Part shown: positions 36,406 to 48,556 of the stretch, piece after piece
Layout: each line of letters begins with the position of its first letter
Numbering within the stretch: position 1 is the first letter of the stretch
DNA from: Octopus sinensis
Taxonomy: Eukaryota
Assembly (NCBI RefSeq): GCF_006345805.1
Contig: NW_021833588.1
Span: forward strand, 12,463 to 76,462
Direction of reading: 5' to 3'
DNA: 64,000 nt
Translations under genes and position numbers: made by a program
Notes under the pieces: model-generated
What the model was told of the DNA's origin: nothing
Databases searched by the model: none
What the model saw: the letters and a program-made list of their open reading frames with translations, nothing else

Positions 36406-36931
36406 TCACTCTAATTTAATTTTGACATTAATTCGGTCATCGAAATTTGTTTTATGCGAGCGCGTCTTTATTCTAAATTTTGCGCAGGCGATTAGTTCCT
36501 TGCCGTCTAAAAACTTCCAAAAAACCTCTAGACTCATCGACTATATCATAAATATGTCAAAATACCGGAAAACGTATATTGGGAAGTTCCTTCTTATATT
36601 TAAAGGAAATTGTTTCGTTTTTTTCAGGTGGACAGTTCCCTGTGATATATCTACATGCTTCGGTAGTTTTAAGAATAGAAATGTGTGGTATTTGGATGTA
36701 TCCCTGTGTTTGTAACATTCCGACTGACTCCGCTAAAAATAAAATCTTATTTATACATGCTGTTAAATTTATTTGCATCTCCATTTTGTCTCCTCCATAT
36801 AGAATACATGAATTCATGTTGCAATTTGTAACATCAATGCTCGTTATGGATGATGATCCCCCACATTCTTGAAATGGTACTGGACCACAAATCACATTAG
36901 ACAAAATAAAAATGAAAATTGTTATTAACAT
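36406..36931 (-). CDS. NPC2: NPC2/ML-domain secreted lipid-binding protein, paralog A
   Basis: Signal peptide, FQECG, C-x4-C, ACRYITGNCPPEK and VFWKFLDGKELIACAKF. Two introns of 24 and 25 nt. Confidence 0.8.
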
Positions 36932-37106
36932 ATATAATCACAAAAGATGACCTAAATTATTGCAATGTTAATTTATTCACACGAATTTTATTATTATCAA
37001 AAAATATATAATTTTGATAAAAAATTCAATTTAATAAATAATTTTTAATGATGGAATCATTAATGTATCTACACTGGTCGCCAGATCTATTAACTATGTT
37101 CTATTG

Positions 37107-37312
37107 TAAGAATTAGAACACGTATTTAATTAGTAGCAGAGGATAAGATGGAATGGCAATTCCCAAGCAAGATGGCTATTGATATGCGTTGGAAAAGCCA
37201 TGTCCGTTCCCAATGATCATTTCTCCTTCTGCTTGCCAGGCCCCCCAGTTTAATAAGGAATTTTTTAGTTCTGGGACCGAGGACTCCCGACGTCTCCACT
37301 GCGATCGGGGCA
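37107..37312 (-). mobile_element. CRE-clade 3' stub with apparent 10-bp TSD
   Basis: AVETSGVLGP...WLFQRISIAILLGN, flanked by ATGTTCTATT on both sides. Absent from the homologous upstream region at about 19690. Confidence 0.7.
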
Positions 37313-38479
37313 ATGTTCTATTTGATAGTGCTTTATACTGTTTTTGACTAATAAAAAACTGTTACAATTAACCAAACGATTGAGATTAAGAGAATTTAAG
37401 AATTGGTTTAACTTTATTTTATTATTAGCAAATTAGCAAATCCGCGACAAAGTCAATTTAGGGAAAGCAAGGTTTTGATACACATCTTTACCAGACTTAT
37501 TATAAAGTGGTCGTGCAAATGAAAATTTATAAAATTAAAAAAAAACTTCCAATAAATGTCAATGGCCTTTAAAATTCATTAGAAATTTTCGTTAAATGTT
37601 GAAAATCTTCAGATCTATCATGTCTATTTGAAAACGTTCATTTAAACAGGAAGCAAAGGCATGGGGATTTATATCTCCAATCTACAATTAAATGAAATCT
37701 TGAGCTTTAAAAAGACGCGAAAATTTAGAATCTTCATAATTTTGAATGACTTTTTTGATAATCTCATTCTTTACAGTGAAATATCTTTGTCGAAATTCAT
37801 ATTCAATTTTATTTAATACTCCGTGCGAAAACTCGTGTAATGATTTTGCCAAGAATTCCATTTCGGTTTCATTATCGAGGGGTATGGCTAACTTAGGATC
37901 ACGTGATTTAAGATAATGTCAGTATGTCAGTAAATTTATTTTTTGAAATTTGATATTCTCCCCACTCTTTTACAAAACCCAGGTGGAGAAAATTCAGAAA
38001 TTTCTTCGGTGGGCATACCTTTTTGTCGGTTGATGGTCTTAAAGTTTTGTAAACGCATTCTTCTGTTTTTGCCAACTTTCTCAAACTTTGTTTTGTCTAC
38101 GCTTTAAACTTTAACATCTTGCTTTCGGTAAGACCGTGAAATCGAATTCTTAATACATTTTTCTAAATTTTACCGCCGACAATACATGAGATAAGTAACC
38201 ATGGTAAGTGGATAAATTAGCACAAACATACAGCGCCTACAAACATATTCTAGAATCAAACTAAAGATTGAACAGTCTTATAATCTGAACAAGTGACCCC
38301 ACAAATAAAACATCTAGATTCCTATAGTTAATGTGTCAGGTAACGACATAACAAATCCACCAACATAGCATAAGATCCTCTTAATGGATGACTTTCCGTT
38401 TAGGAAAGAGAGTTAAATATAATTCTGAATGTTTTCGTCACTCAAAATTCTGCACTCTTTTATTGGATTGTAAATTTCG

Positions 38480-39410
38480 TTTAGAACCTTTTTACAAAAT
38501 GGAGAATTAAGCTAACATTCAACCAGCACATAATCGGAGGCGTCAAAATGGAAAGGGGTATACTCCAGGGTGATTCCTTGTCACCTCAAATTTTTGCAAT
38601 GGACCCCCTCAGTCGAATTCTGAACGCAAAGTACCCAAAAGTTATTATGGATAATCAAGACCACGGTTTTATTACATACACAACAAACCAACTACTTTTC
38701 ATAGATGACCTAAAAATATTTTCACGAAAAGAAAATACAATGATGAGTATGATGAACGAGGTAAATAATTTTTTCGCAGCCGCCGGACTAAAAAATGTCG
38801 AAAAGTCCGCAACTAATTTGGGTGACCTTTGGTTGAAAGCTAAATTGCTTGATGGGATAGATGGTTACAGATACCTCGGAGTGGTAGAAGAATAAATTAA
38901 GTGAAGTATTGAAAAGCGAAATACTGAACACATTCTTTGGATAATTAAAAAAGAAGATCGTCAATCTCTTGAAGACAAAATTAAACTCTTACAACTTATT
39001 TAAAGCCATAAATAAGCACGCATTATCCTTCCACAACTACTACATTGGGCTTGTCAATATTTAGCTAACAGAATTTGAACAGATTGACATAAATGTGTGC
39101 AAGATTTTTGTACAACATCGAATTAACCTGAAACCTGCAAATAAAGAAAAACTTTACCTCCCAAGAGGCCAACTTGGAGAGGACTCGTATCCACTGTCCT
39201 AAAGCATCCAAGAAACTGGGACCTTGATTTGAACTTGCTGAGGGAAGTGCAGAAGAACCGCTTGATTTACTAAATAAGGAAAAAATCATTGCATGCAATT
39301 CTCAACGAGTATTTAAATGATCTCAACGTCTATATTGATGAGTTCCTTTCATTGGAGGGGCTTCTGTGTCTAATACAGGACCGTAGCCTATTTTTCGACA
39401 ATGCTGGAAC
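38480..39410 (+). mobile_element. R4-like non-LTR RT pseudogene
   Basis: RGILQGDSLSP...LLFIDDLKIF...YRYLGVVE, with multiple stops and frameshifts. Confidence 0.85.
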
Positions 39411-39755
39411 ATTGTAAATTTGTTTTTTAATATTTTAAGAGTCAATAGACATAAGAAAGCCCCCTGGTCTAGCATTTTGAAGAGTGATGGAATTGTTCAA
39501 CAATATCGGGTTATTAATATTTGATATAATTTTGAATATTTAGTTGGTGAGACTAGGAAACGATTATTTGACTCGAATACCAACAGACTATCTCAATATT
39601 AAAGGATTGGAAGATTCGTTTTAATCTGAATTTTACTAATTACTTGAATTTCATTTCCTCTAATACGTTTTTTTGATATATTCTGATTAGTATATATTAA
39701 AAAAATTTAGTTTAAAAATTAAAATAATTTATTTAACGTTTACTTGTTTGTTACA

Positions 39756-40138
39756 ATGAACGAAGTACACCGAATGGCTGGTAGGACCTTTTTTGGTCGA
39801 AAGTCATTAAAAGGACGTTATGAGGTTTTTTAATTATAAAAATTTAGTTTATTCCCATTACTGTCCTTATGTTTACGTCTTTTGGTCTTGCTACATTCGC
39901 TATAACACGTTATTTTTCTCAAAACCCTGAAGTCATGTATTATTTATTTAAAAATATATATCAGGGTGAAGACATAAGAAGGTACCATGGTCGGGCACAC
40001 TCAAGAGTGATGGTACTGTCCGTCAGTATCAAGTTGTCTTATACGTCTAATATATAGTTTTTACGTCTTGGGGATGACTACATCAGAAGAATGCCACAGA
40101 ACCGGCCAGAGATCGAGGGACTCGAAGACATCTTTTAG
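39756..40138 (+). CDS. NDUFA4: NDUFA4/COXFA4-like mitochondrial subunit, 3 introns
   Basis: FIPITVLMFTSFGLATFAITRYFSQNPEV...VPW...QYQFLRLGDDY...RPE parallels NDUFA4 LIPLFV...NPDV.W..NPEPW..QYKF..DYSK..RPDF. The acceptor of intron 2 is ambiguous. Confidence 0.6.
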
Positions 40139-40342
40139 TTGTAGTCGGAATAGTTGTACTAATATAGAATTCTTACTAACGTTCAATTTTTTAAACGTCT
40201 AAAATAATAGATAATTTTTCTTGTTTTTATAAGTGAAAATAGGTCAGATTTAAATCCAAATTATTGTGAGTGTGCTAATTTCGAAATATAGACTTTTTTG
40301 AATAGCATAACTATTTTATGTAATAAGTGTTAAAAGAATAAT

Positions 40343-40440
40343 CGATGGGAGGGCCAGCTCGACAATCGCCAAACTGTTCCCTCGTATAATGGCAGTCGAG
40401 AACCGCTGGAAAGGCCAGTCCACTTCCCGACGATCGTGAG
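40343..40440 (-). mobile_element. CRE-clade 3' stub
   Basis: DRREVDWPFQRFSTAIIRGNSLAI. Confidence 0.6.
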
Positions 40441-40539
40441 TGCTTTATATATAAAGTATAATGTTATATGTAATACATTTTAGAAAATTGTGTCAATATT
40501 TGTGTGTTATTAAACAAAACATAATGTTCAATATTCAGA

Positions 40540-41400
40540 ACATTAATTGTAAAATGCTACATTCGGTGCTATTCAAATGCATGGACGAACAAAATGTTGA
40601 TCTAGTTACGTCCTCAGAGTGGTTTTTGAAGAAAATAATGGTTCAAGGAGTGAAGAATTGTACACTCTCTTGCAGGATAGGAATTTGTTTTTCACATCCA
40701 TTGGATCTTTATGCAGTCACTGCAAAAAATGCAAGAAAAACGATTGATGATTTGGCACGCAGTGCGGGCAAATGTTAAACATTGATTATCTGTAAGACAC
40801 AGTGAAATTCATCTTCATTTGTATCGACTCTATGGTATTAAAAGAGGAAGGGAAATAAAGAAAAATTCTATTCTGTCTATAATATCGACGCAGAATGTTA
40901 AATCCGAGTTGATACGTCAATTATGACAGAAACAAAAGTTAAATCGAAGTTGGAATCACTTCACAAAACAGCCTCAAACAAGTCGAAATCGAGAAATTCC
41001 ATAAATATGATCTGCTTGCAAACCAACTTTCGATTCTTTATGATACAAAGGCAAAGATTATCCCGGTTGTCTTGACGTGGGAAGGCGTTGTTTCAAGACA
41101 CTTCAAAAACTATATGGACAAATTATCAATTGAAAAAGCTTACATTCATTTAGTCTGTTGTTTTAAAAAGGACTCTAGAAAGCATGGTAGTTGAACACTG
41201 ACATGGAGTGAATGTATCTGGTGAAGAATACACCTCTGTTGCTTACTAGCTTGCAGAAGTGGCATGCTGACGTGACACGTCGGTGAAAGCTATGAGACAA
41301 TTATAAAATTTATCTGATAGGAAGATGGAAAGTGAGGAAGAACTGGGTGCAAACTCTTCTCCTAAAAGGAGAAGAGAGATTTCCAATAATCGGGACTGAT
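40540..41400 (+). mobile_element. R4-like non-LTR C-terminal (zinc-knuckle/REL) pseudogene
   Basis: LLQDRNLFF and IIPVVLTWEGVVSRHFKNYMDKL, with frameshifts. Confidence 0.75.
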
Positions 41401-41459
41401 AATCTAAATTAAATAGCTTAAGTAATCTGTCTGAAGGTTTATTTGTGTCGGTAAGCCTT

Positions 41460-42978
41460 CAATATAAGATCGCCATTTTAAATTTGTGACACATGGCACA
41501 GATATGTCCCTATAACACATCTACAATTGATTTCCCAGGACTGAATCCACTTTTACTAAACGACAGATAGTCATTGAAAGAATCTTTAATGTTGTCAAGT
41601 GGTACGAACAACAAGATTTATCTTATTGTGTTCAGGAATATGCCAAATGTTGCTAAGAAGACCTCGCAGTTTGTTAGGTGTATAAAAGAAATCAACGTTT
41701 CGCTGTGCGCTATAAAATTCAAAGAAAACTACATTCCTAGCCCTGATTATTTATGAATTCAGGTCATAATTTAGTTAACATTTCCGTGTATTATCTGTTA
41801 GTTAAATACAATTTAATTTAATTATTAGTTTATTAATCGAGCCATAAGGAGGATGACTCCAAACCAGAAAATTATATGTGTTGGCAAAGTTACTAAAATT
41901 TATAAATAAAATCTCAACTTGACTTTTTGTCAATTACTTTCTCTATTACGTAGTCGAATTTATCCTAAATGTTAGAAATTAATATAAATACAATAAAATT
42001 ATCGACACTTGAAAATATATTATCATTTAATGTTTTATTTTCGGCGATTATTAAACCAACAAAAATGAGAAAGACAATCATTTTGATTTAACTGCACAAA
42101 ATGCTATATTTATACCATTATTCATAATTAGCACACTTACGTCTAATTTTACTGAGAAATATAAAATAGTGAATTATTTTTTCCGAACCAACGTCCTCTG
42201 CTTATTAGGATCCCCGACAATCTGTTCCTGAGTAACCAATCCCTTCCTCAGTCGAACTTCCTTCACAAGTTTGTAACCCAGTTGATCATCTCCACACTCC
42301 TTCCCCACTACCTCCCAATGTGAGAACTTGAACTGACAACTACACATCCCCCTCGTCCTACTTCTCATCTCCTCCTCAATCCCGAATGAATTGACCATCG
42401 GAATATACCAATCACACATAAACACACTCAGATCATACAAGTCCTCACTGACCACCCTTCCTCCTCTCCTCCCAATAACCCCTTTCACTTTCCCTGACCA
42501 TTACTCTCCATAACTACCAATCAGCCAACCCGGCACTCGGATACTCCCCAACAACACAGGCTGCACTAACCGTACTCCACATGATGACACCAATACACCC
42601 CAAATGGCATTCCTCACATCACAACTGACCTGTCCTGAGTGATGTGAGTGTCCTAACTGTCGAATTGTGCAGCATAATCCATGAAGGGGTTTCTCACACA
42701 GGGGGCCTGCCTCCATTGCTAACTTAAAACCATTAATCTAACAAATACAACATTCTGACATACAATTGAAGACAGAGTCGACTGATTCACCCCATCCATA
42801 CCATTTATGAGAATATTTGTCGAATAAACAGCACAAATCTGCTTTGATGTTACCGATTACCTTATCAGAATCAATCATTTCACACTCCTTCCTCAATAAA
42901 TCGACACCAATGGAGTAGTAAGTCAACACTCAGACAACCTGAATGGGCAGTTGTTCCACACTTGAATCCAATAATCAA
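41460..42978. repeat. Direct segmental duplicate of 55280-58398 (without the Tc1 insertion)
   Basis: Colinear match from GATCGCCATTT...AATTTGTGACACATGGCACAG to CACTTGAATCCAATAATCA. Confidence 0.92.
42174..42978 (-). pseudogene. EFL1: 3' partial duplicate of EFL1
   Basis: Near-identical to 57594-58398, with small indels near the 42510-42540 splice site and no G domain. Confidence 0.88.
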
Positions 42979-43676
42979 TAAACGGTATCTTCTTCCTGCT
43001 CCTCCTGCCTTACAATCATGACATTCACTAACCCTCTATTCGTGGGCAAACCACATAGCCACCCACTGCCTGAATTTTCTCCTTGTGATCACATTTTGCT
43101 TTTCAGGTCGAATAATTATTGCAAAAATAGTCCTGTCCCTTCTCCGTTAGACATATTTCATATTTAAGTTCATCAGCCGGCATCTCTCGACAAATGGGAC
43201 AGGTGTAGCCCAGACTAGACACCACTTCTGCCTCCATTTGATTCCTTATATTATCGCATTAGTCATCACTCTCTCATCACCCGACCAAGCACACTCCCAA
43301 CACTTCAAAAATAATTCCCCTTCTTTGGTAGACACATTGCAGCAAGTATAAAGGTTTTGACTGTAACACCGAGGACAGAGAATGTTTTCGTCGTAATATG
43401 TCACGAGCGCTAGACGCGAACAATCTAATTCACTCAATGTCAAATTAACTTATTTTATTAATAAATCCAGCACAATTATTATTTCTAACTGTAATCTAAC
43501 TTGTTGGCATGTACTTTCATTGCTGATCCATCACTATTTTCCTCATTCACAAAATTGTTAGACAATTTGTCGCATAATTCTTGTGAATGCAAATCTTTTA
43601 AGTAATTATGAAATAAATACTATATCTCCAATGGGTGATTCATATTTTGACACATGCATTTCCTTCTTTCTGTTTA

Positions 43677-46408
43677 TCTTAATAATAAAATGGTATGGTG
43701 TGTGTCTGTCTGTCTGTCTGTCTGTGTGTGCACACCAACTTCAAATTGGCAATACGATGTCCTCGACTTACATGATAAGGTCCTTAAAACCTTCCCCCCA
43801 AAAAAAATTAAAAAAAAATTTTCTGCATTTTGGTTAAAATGAACAACTACGATGTCCTCGACTTACATGATGAGGTCCTTAAAACCTTCCCCCCAAAAAA
43901 ATCAAAAAAAAATTTTCTGCATTTTGGTTAAAATGAACAACTACGATGTCCTCGACTTACATGATGAGGTCCTTAAAACCTTCCCCCCCAAAAAAAATTA
44001 AAAAAAAATTTTCTGCATTTTGGTTAAAATGAACAACTACGATGTCCTCGACTTACATAATGAGGTCCTTAAAACCTTCCCCCCCAAAAAAATCAAAAAA
44101 AAATTTTCTTTCTGCATTTTGGTTAAAATGAACAACTACGATGTCCTCGACTTACATGATGAGGTCCTTAAAACCTTCCCCCCAAAAAAAATTAAAAAAA
44201 AATTTTCTGCATTTTGGTTAAAATGAACAACTACGATGTCCTCGACTTACATGATGAGGTCCTTAAAACCTTCCCCCCAAAAAAAATTAAAAAAAAATTT
44301 CTGCATTTTGGTTAAAATGAACAACTACGATGTCCTCGACTTACATGATGAGGTCCTTAAAACCTTCCCCCCAAAAAAAATTAAAAAAAAAATTTCTGCA
44401 TTTTGGTTAAAATAAACAACTACGATGTCCTCGACTTACATAATGAGGTCCTTAAAACCTTCCCCCCAAAAAAAATTAAAAAAAAAAATTTCTGCATTTT
44501 GGTTAAAATGAACAACTACGATGTCCTCGACTTACATGATGAGGTCCTTAAAACCTTCCCCCCAAAAAAAATTAAAAAAAAATTTTCTGCATTTTGGTTA
44601 AAATGAACAACTACGATGTCCTGGACTTACATGATGAGGTCCTTAAAACCTTCCCCCCAAAAAATTAAAAAAAAATTTTCTGCATTTTGGTTAAAATGAA
44701 CAACTACGATGTCCTCGACTTACATGATGAGGTCCTTAAAACCTTCCCCCCAAAAAAAATTAAAAAAAATTTTTCTGCATTTTGGTTAAAATGAACAACT
44801 ACGATGTCCTCGACTTACATGATGAGGTCCTTAAAACCTTTCCGCCAAAAAATCAAAAAATTATTTTCTGCATTTGATTAAAATGAACAACGTTAATGTC
44901 CTCGACATTCATGATGAGGTCCATTAAAAATCTCACGTATTAAGAATATCCTTGATGAAAACGACAGCGAGAATATTAACAATGATGAACTCCCAATTAT
45001 TCGCGATAAAGAAATTCAATTCATCTTATGATTTTCTCTTTAAAATTAAATGCATATACCATTCAAAATTAAACCTATTATCATATTTGACTTTGACAGA
45101 ATGTGCAATTACAGATTGCACGACCTTGAATAGAGTGTGCAATTAACAGATTTTGAAAAACACTTTGATAGTTGAAACCACATTAGCAAAATCATTAACA
45201 CAATTTACCACCAATTGACAGCGCAATCAGAAGAATTTGCGTAAAAATATTAACTATTTAGTTAAGTTTTTCGTAAAGATAAAATTTATTTTCGGTATGC
45301 CTCTTTTCCTAAACTTTTTTATTATTCAAAAATAATTTTTTCAATAGATAACTGAAGGAGGGAAGACGACCTTAAGAAAAGAAGTTTTTCGTAAAGATAG
45401 AATTTATTTTCTGTATGCCTCTTTTTTCCTAATATTTTTTATTATTCAAAAATAATTTTTTAAATAGATAACCGAAGGAGGAAAAACGAAGCTGAAGAAA
45501 AAACGGTCAGCTTAAGGTAATTAAATCTTTTTTGTGTGTCGCTTTTTTGGCTGCTGCTACTCTGCCTGCCGCATCTCCGGCTGCCCCATCTCCGCCAGTG
45601 GTTTGTCTAATCAAGGTCACTAAGCTAAATCTCCGGACTATAAAGGCTCTTAAGCATTATCTTAACTGGCTGTTAAAAAAATTAGACAGGTTGTTGCCGT
45701 GGCGGCAGAGATTTTTTTTGTTTATACTTTTTTACAAATTTTTAAAGTTTTTTCATTTCTTTTGTTTTTAAATTATTTATTTTTATTTGTTTTTTTTTAT
45801 TTTTTTTGTTATTTTCTACAAATTCAACCGGATTGAATTTTTAAACTCCTTAGATCCCTCTGGAATGCCGAATCATCTTTTAAAGTTAAAGATAGGCGTT
45901 TCAGTGGTTTTATTACAAAATCTTGCGCCACCTAAATTATGCAACGGAACGAGGTTAGTTATCAAAAATTTGATGGCTAACGTAATAGAGGCGACGATAT
46001 TCACAGGTAAGTATAGAGGTGAGGATGTTTATATTCCACGAATTCCGATAATTTCTGATGAATTACCATTTAGATTTAAAAGGCTGCAATTTCCTTTGAG
46101 GATGAGTTTTGCAATGACAATAAACAAGGCCCAGGGACAGTCATTAAAGGTAGTTGGGTTATTTTTAGAGAGTGAGTGCTTTTCACATGGACAGCTGTAT
46201 GTGGGATGCTCGAGGGTAGGCAGAAGAGAAAATTTATTCATATATGCCAAGGAAGGACAAACGACAAACATCGTTTATCAACAGGCGATAGAATAGGGTT
46301 ACATTAAACCAGGTAGTTTTATACATCTACATAAACTTATAGTTGTTTGATGAAACAGGCCCTCCGCAGGAGCTAGGTCGCGGTGAGCGAAGCGAGCTGC
46401 CGAGCTAG
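43677..46408 (+). mobile_element. Non-autonomous Helitron, copy B
   Basis: A|TCTTAATAATAAAATGG...GCCGAGCTAG|T. The helicase C-terminus [14 protein letters not shown]...[10 protein letters not shown] (about 45830-46296) keeps a natural stop. Confidence 0.92.
43750..44880. repeat. Tandem array, about 95-bp unit, 12 copies plus one degenerate monomer, inside Helitron B
   Basis: ACGATGTCCTCGACTTACAT recurs about every 93-99 bp. Confidence 0.95.
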
Positions 46409-46559
46409 TTCTCTTATAATACAGAGAATTTATTTTACTTGAATTCGAATTTATCTTTAGTTGAACTAAAAGCATTTATTGTTAGTTTCGGAAGTGTATT
46501 GAAGTTCAAAATTCTATTCCGCTGTATAATTGAAGAAACTTGCAGAGACCAAAATGCAT

Positions 46560-46740
46560 AAGAATATAATGAATAGTCGCCACTTTTATTTTTAAGATTC
46601 CTTGTAAACGCATATTTTGAATATACGTCTATTACAGAGATGAACCAAGAAAAATTGTTGTTTTCATTTTTAAATCTACAGAATAAACTAATTTTATACT
46701 GTTTAAGATCAAGAATCATCATACTGTTTTACGGAAACTT
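46560..46740 (-). mobile_element. Integrase (rve) fragment
   Basis: ILDLKQY...FSWFISVIDVYSKYAFTRNLKNKSG. Confidence 0.65.
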
Positions 46741-47149
46741 AAAATTTGCAGATATTGCATTTTTTAACAACTTTGCGAATGATCTGTCGCTTCAATATAA
46801 AAAATCTTAGGCTTCCGAAGCATTATGTCCACAATGATTGGCTTCATGAATTTCACGTGCAATTATTTTTATCTCTTCTAAGCTGTTTACATTTTCTAGG
46901 ACGTTTACATTTCTAAGATATCGTTTATTATTATTAAAAGCACTCCCGAGAAGTCATAAAACTAATTAAGCTTCCCTTGTGCCGCGTGAACAACAATACT
47001 ATCCCACAACCTTCTTCAGGTGTCTCTAATTTTTGCCAATTCTCTCAGGTTGTCGAGTCAGTTCCAGAGATGTCATTGAGGTGGGTCGAAAATATTGAGG
47101 TGGGTCGAAAATATTTCAATTCTCTCAGGTTGCCAATTCTCCCAGTTCG

Positions 47150-47760
47150 TGGAGACATCGTCCTTTGATACTGTCCAGCAGATATTGTCGTGGGACAAGC
47201 GCTGCCAGCTAGGCATATCAAGGAACGATGCAGGCGATATTTCCGAAGCGGAGATTCTGGCAGCGATCTCCCGAAGTATGAACACTGCGGCGGGTCTGGA
47301 TCGGATCCCTATTGCCATCTTTAAGAAGGCCCCGCCGTTGTTGATCACCGCCTTACAAGTCTTATTTAGCGGGAGCTTGCGACTTGGGATGATTCCCTCT
47401 AGGTGGAAAGTGGCTGAGGTAATCCTTATCGAAAAACCCAGGATGCCTCATGATGTCCACGGGCGATACATGCCTATTTCCTTGCTTCCCGCTGTATTTG
47501 AAATTTTAGAAAGGATCATGCTCCGAAGGGAGGGTCGTTCGTGTGGAGACTGCTTATGGAAGGTGTCCTCTGAGATGAAGTGCGCCCTCCAGAAGGAAGA
47601 GTGTGGTATGTTAGTTAGTCTTGACATTGAAAAGGCCTTCGACTCGGTGTGGGGAGCTCTCAGAAACCCAGAAATTGTCCCTCAAAGGCCTCCCTGAGGT
47701 CTTAGAGAAGATAATGTCTAGGTGGCAGGTAAGGCGGTAAGTCTTAGTTTGCGGCTGAGA
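47150..47760 (+). mobile_element. LINE RT N-terminal fragment with internal deletions
   Basis: TAAGLDRIP, WKVAEVILIEKP, RYMPISLL, SLDIEKAFDSVW. Confidence 0.85.
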
Positions 47761-48020
47761 GGCAAGCGTGTGTGCGGGACTGAACAGGCAGGAATGCCGA
47801 AGGTCTTAATATACCCTCTACTAACAGCCTTTTTAAAATAAAAATTTTTGTTCGTTCATAGTCAATAGATTTGGCGACCAGTGTAGTTACATTAATGATT
47901 CCATCATTAAAATTTTTTTATTAAATTTATTTTTTATTAAAATTATATATTTTTGATAATAATAAAATTCGTGCGAATAAATTAACATTGCAATAATTTA
48001 GGTCATCTTTGTGATTATAT

Positions 48021-48556
48021 ATGTTAATAACAATTTTCATTTTTATTTTGTCTAATGTGATTTGTGGTCCAGTACCATTTCAAGAATGTGGGGGATCATC
48101 ATCCATAACGAGCATTGATGTTAAAATAAAATGCGACGCAAAGTGTTGGATGTATGGAGCAGTCATACTGGTGATACGAATAAATTTAACAGCATGTATA
48201 AATAATATTTTATTTTTAGCTAAGTCAGTCGGACTGTTAAAAACAACGGCATACATTAAAAACCCACTCTTTTATTTTTTTGACCATATGAAAGCATGTC
48301 AACTTGCCAAAGGGCACTGTCCACCTGAAAAAAACGAACAAATTTCCTTTGAATTTACCAGCCGACTTAGCAGAATTATATTTAAAGAGGTATTTTTGAT
48401 ATATGTATGATATAGTCGATGAGTCTCCAGCAAAAGGCTAATCGCATGAATCTAGATGTTATTTGGGAATTTTTTGACCACGATGTAGTAATCGCCTGCG
48501 CAAAATTTAAGATAAAGTCGATATTCTATGACCGAATTAATGTCAAATTACAGTGA
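48021..48556 (+). CDS. NPC2: NPC2/ML-domain protein, paralog B
   Basis: First 34 codons identical to paralog A, same intron positions (24 and 26 nt), open to TGA at 48554-48556. Confidence 0.8.

Larger units (their letters stand above)
34688..37100. repeat. Segmental duplicate, inverted relative to 47855-50226 (about 2.4 kb)
   Basis: Colinear reverse-complement match from CGTATTTAAATTTGTCGCTCGCTGCC through NPC2 to GGTCGCCA(G/A)ATCTATT. Confidence 0.92.

Noticed and set aside
38480-41400. NDUFA4-like gene nested inside a single retrotransposon
   Set aside because: The flanking R4-like pieces both contain the LQDR motif region, so they come from two separate elements.
44020-44606. ORFs MVKMNNYDVLDL... 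as real genes
   Set aside because: They are translations of the tandem unit, and the frame is broken by variable poly-A tracts.
15197-46408. One giant inverted segmental duplication
   Set aside because: Similarity stops exactly at TC and CTAG termini with different flanks, so these are two Helitron insertions.
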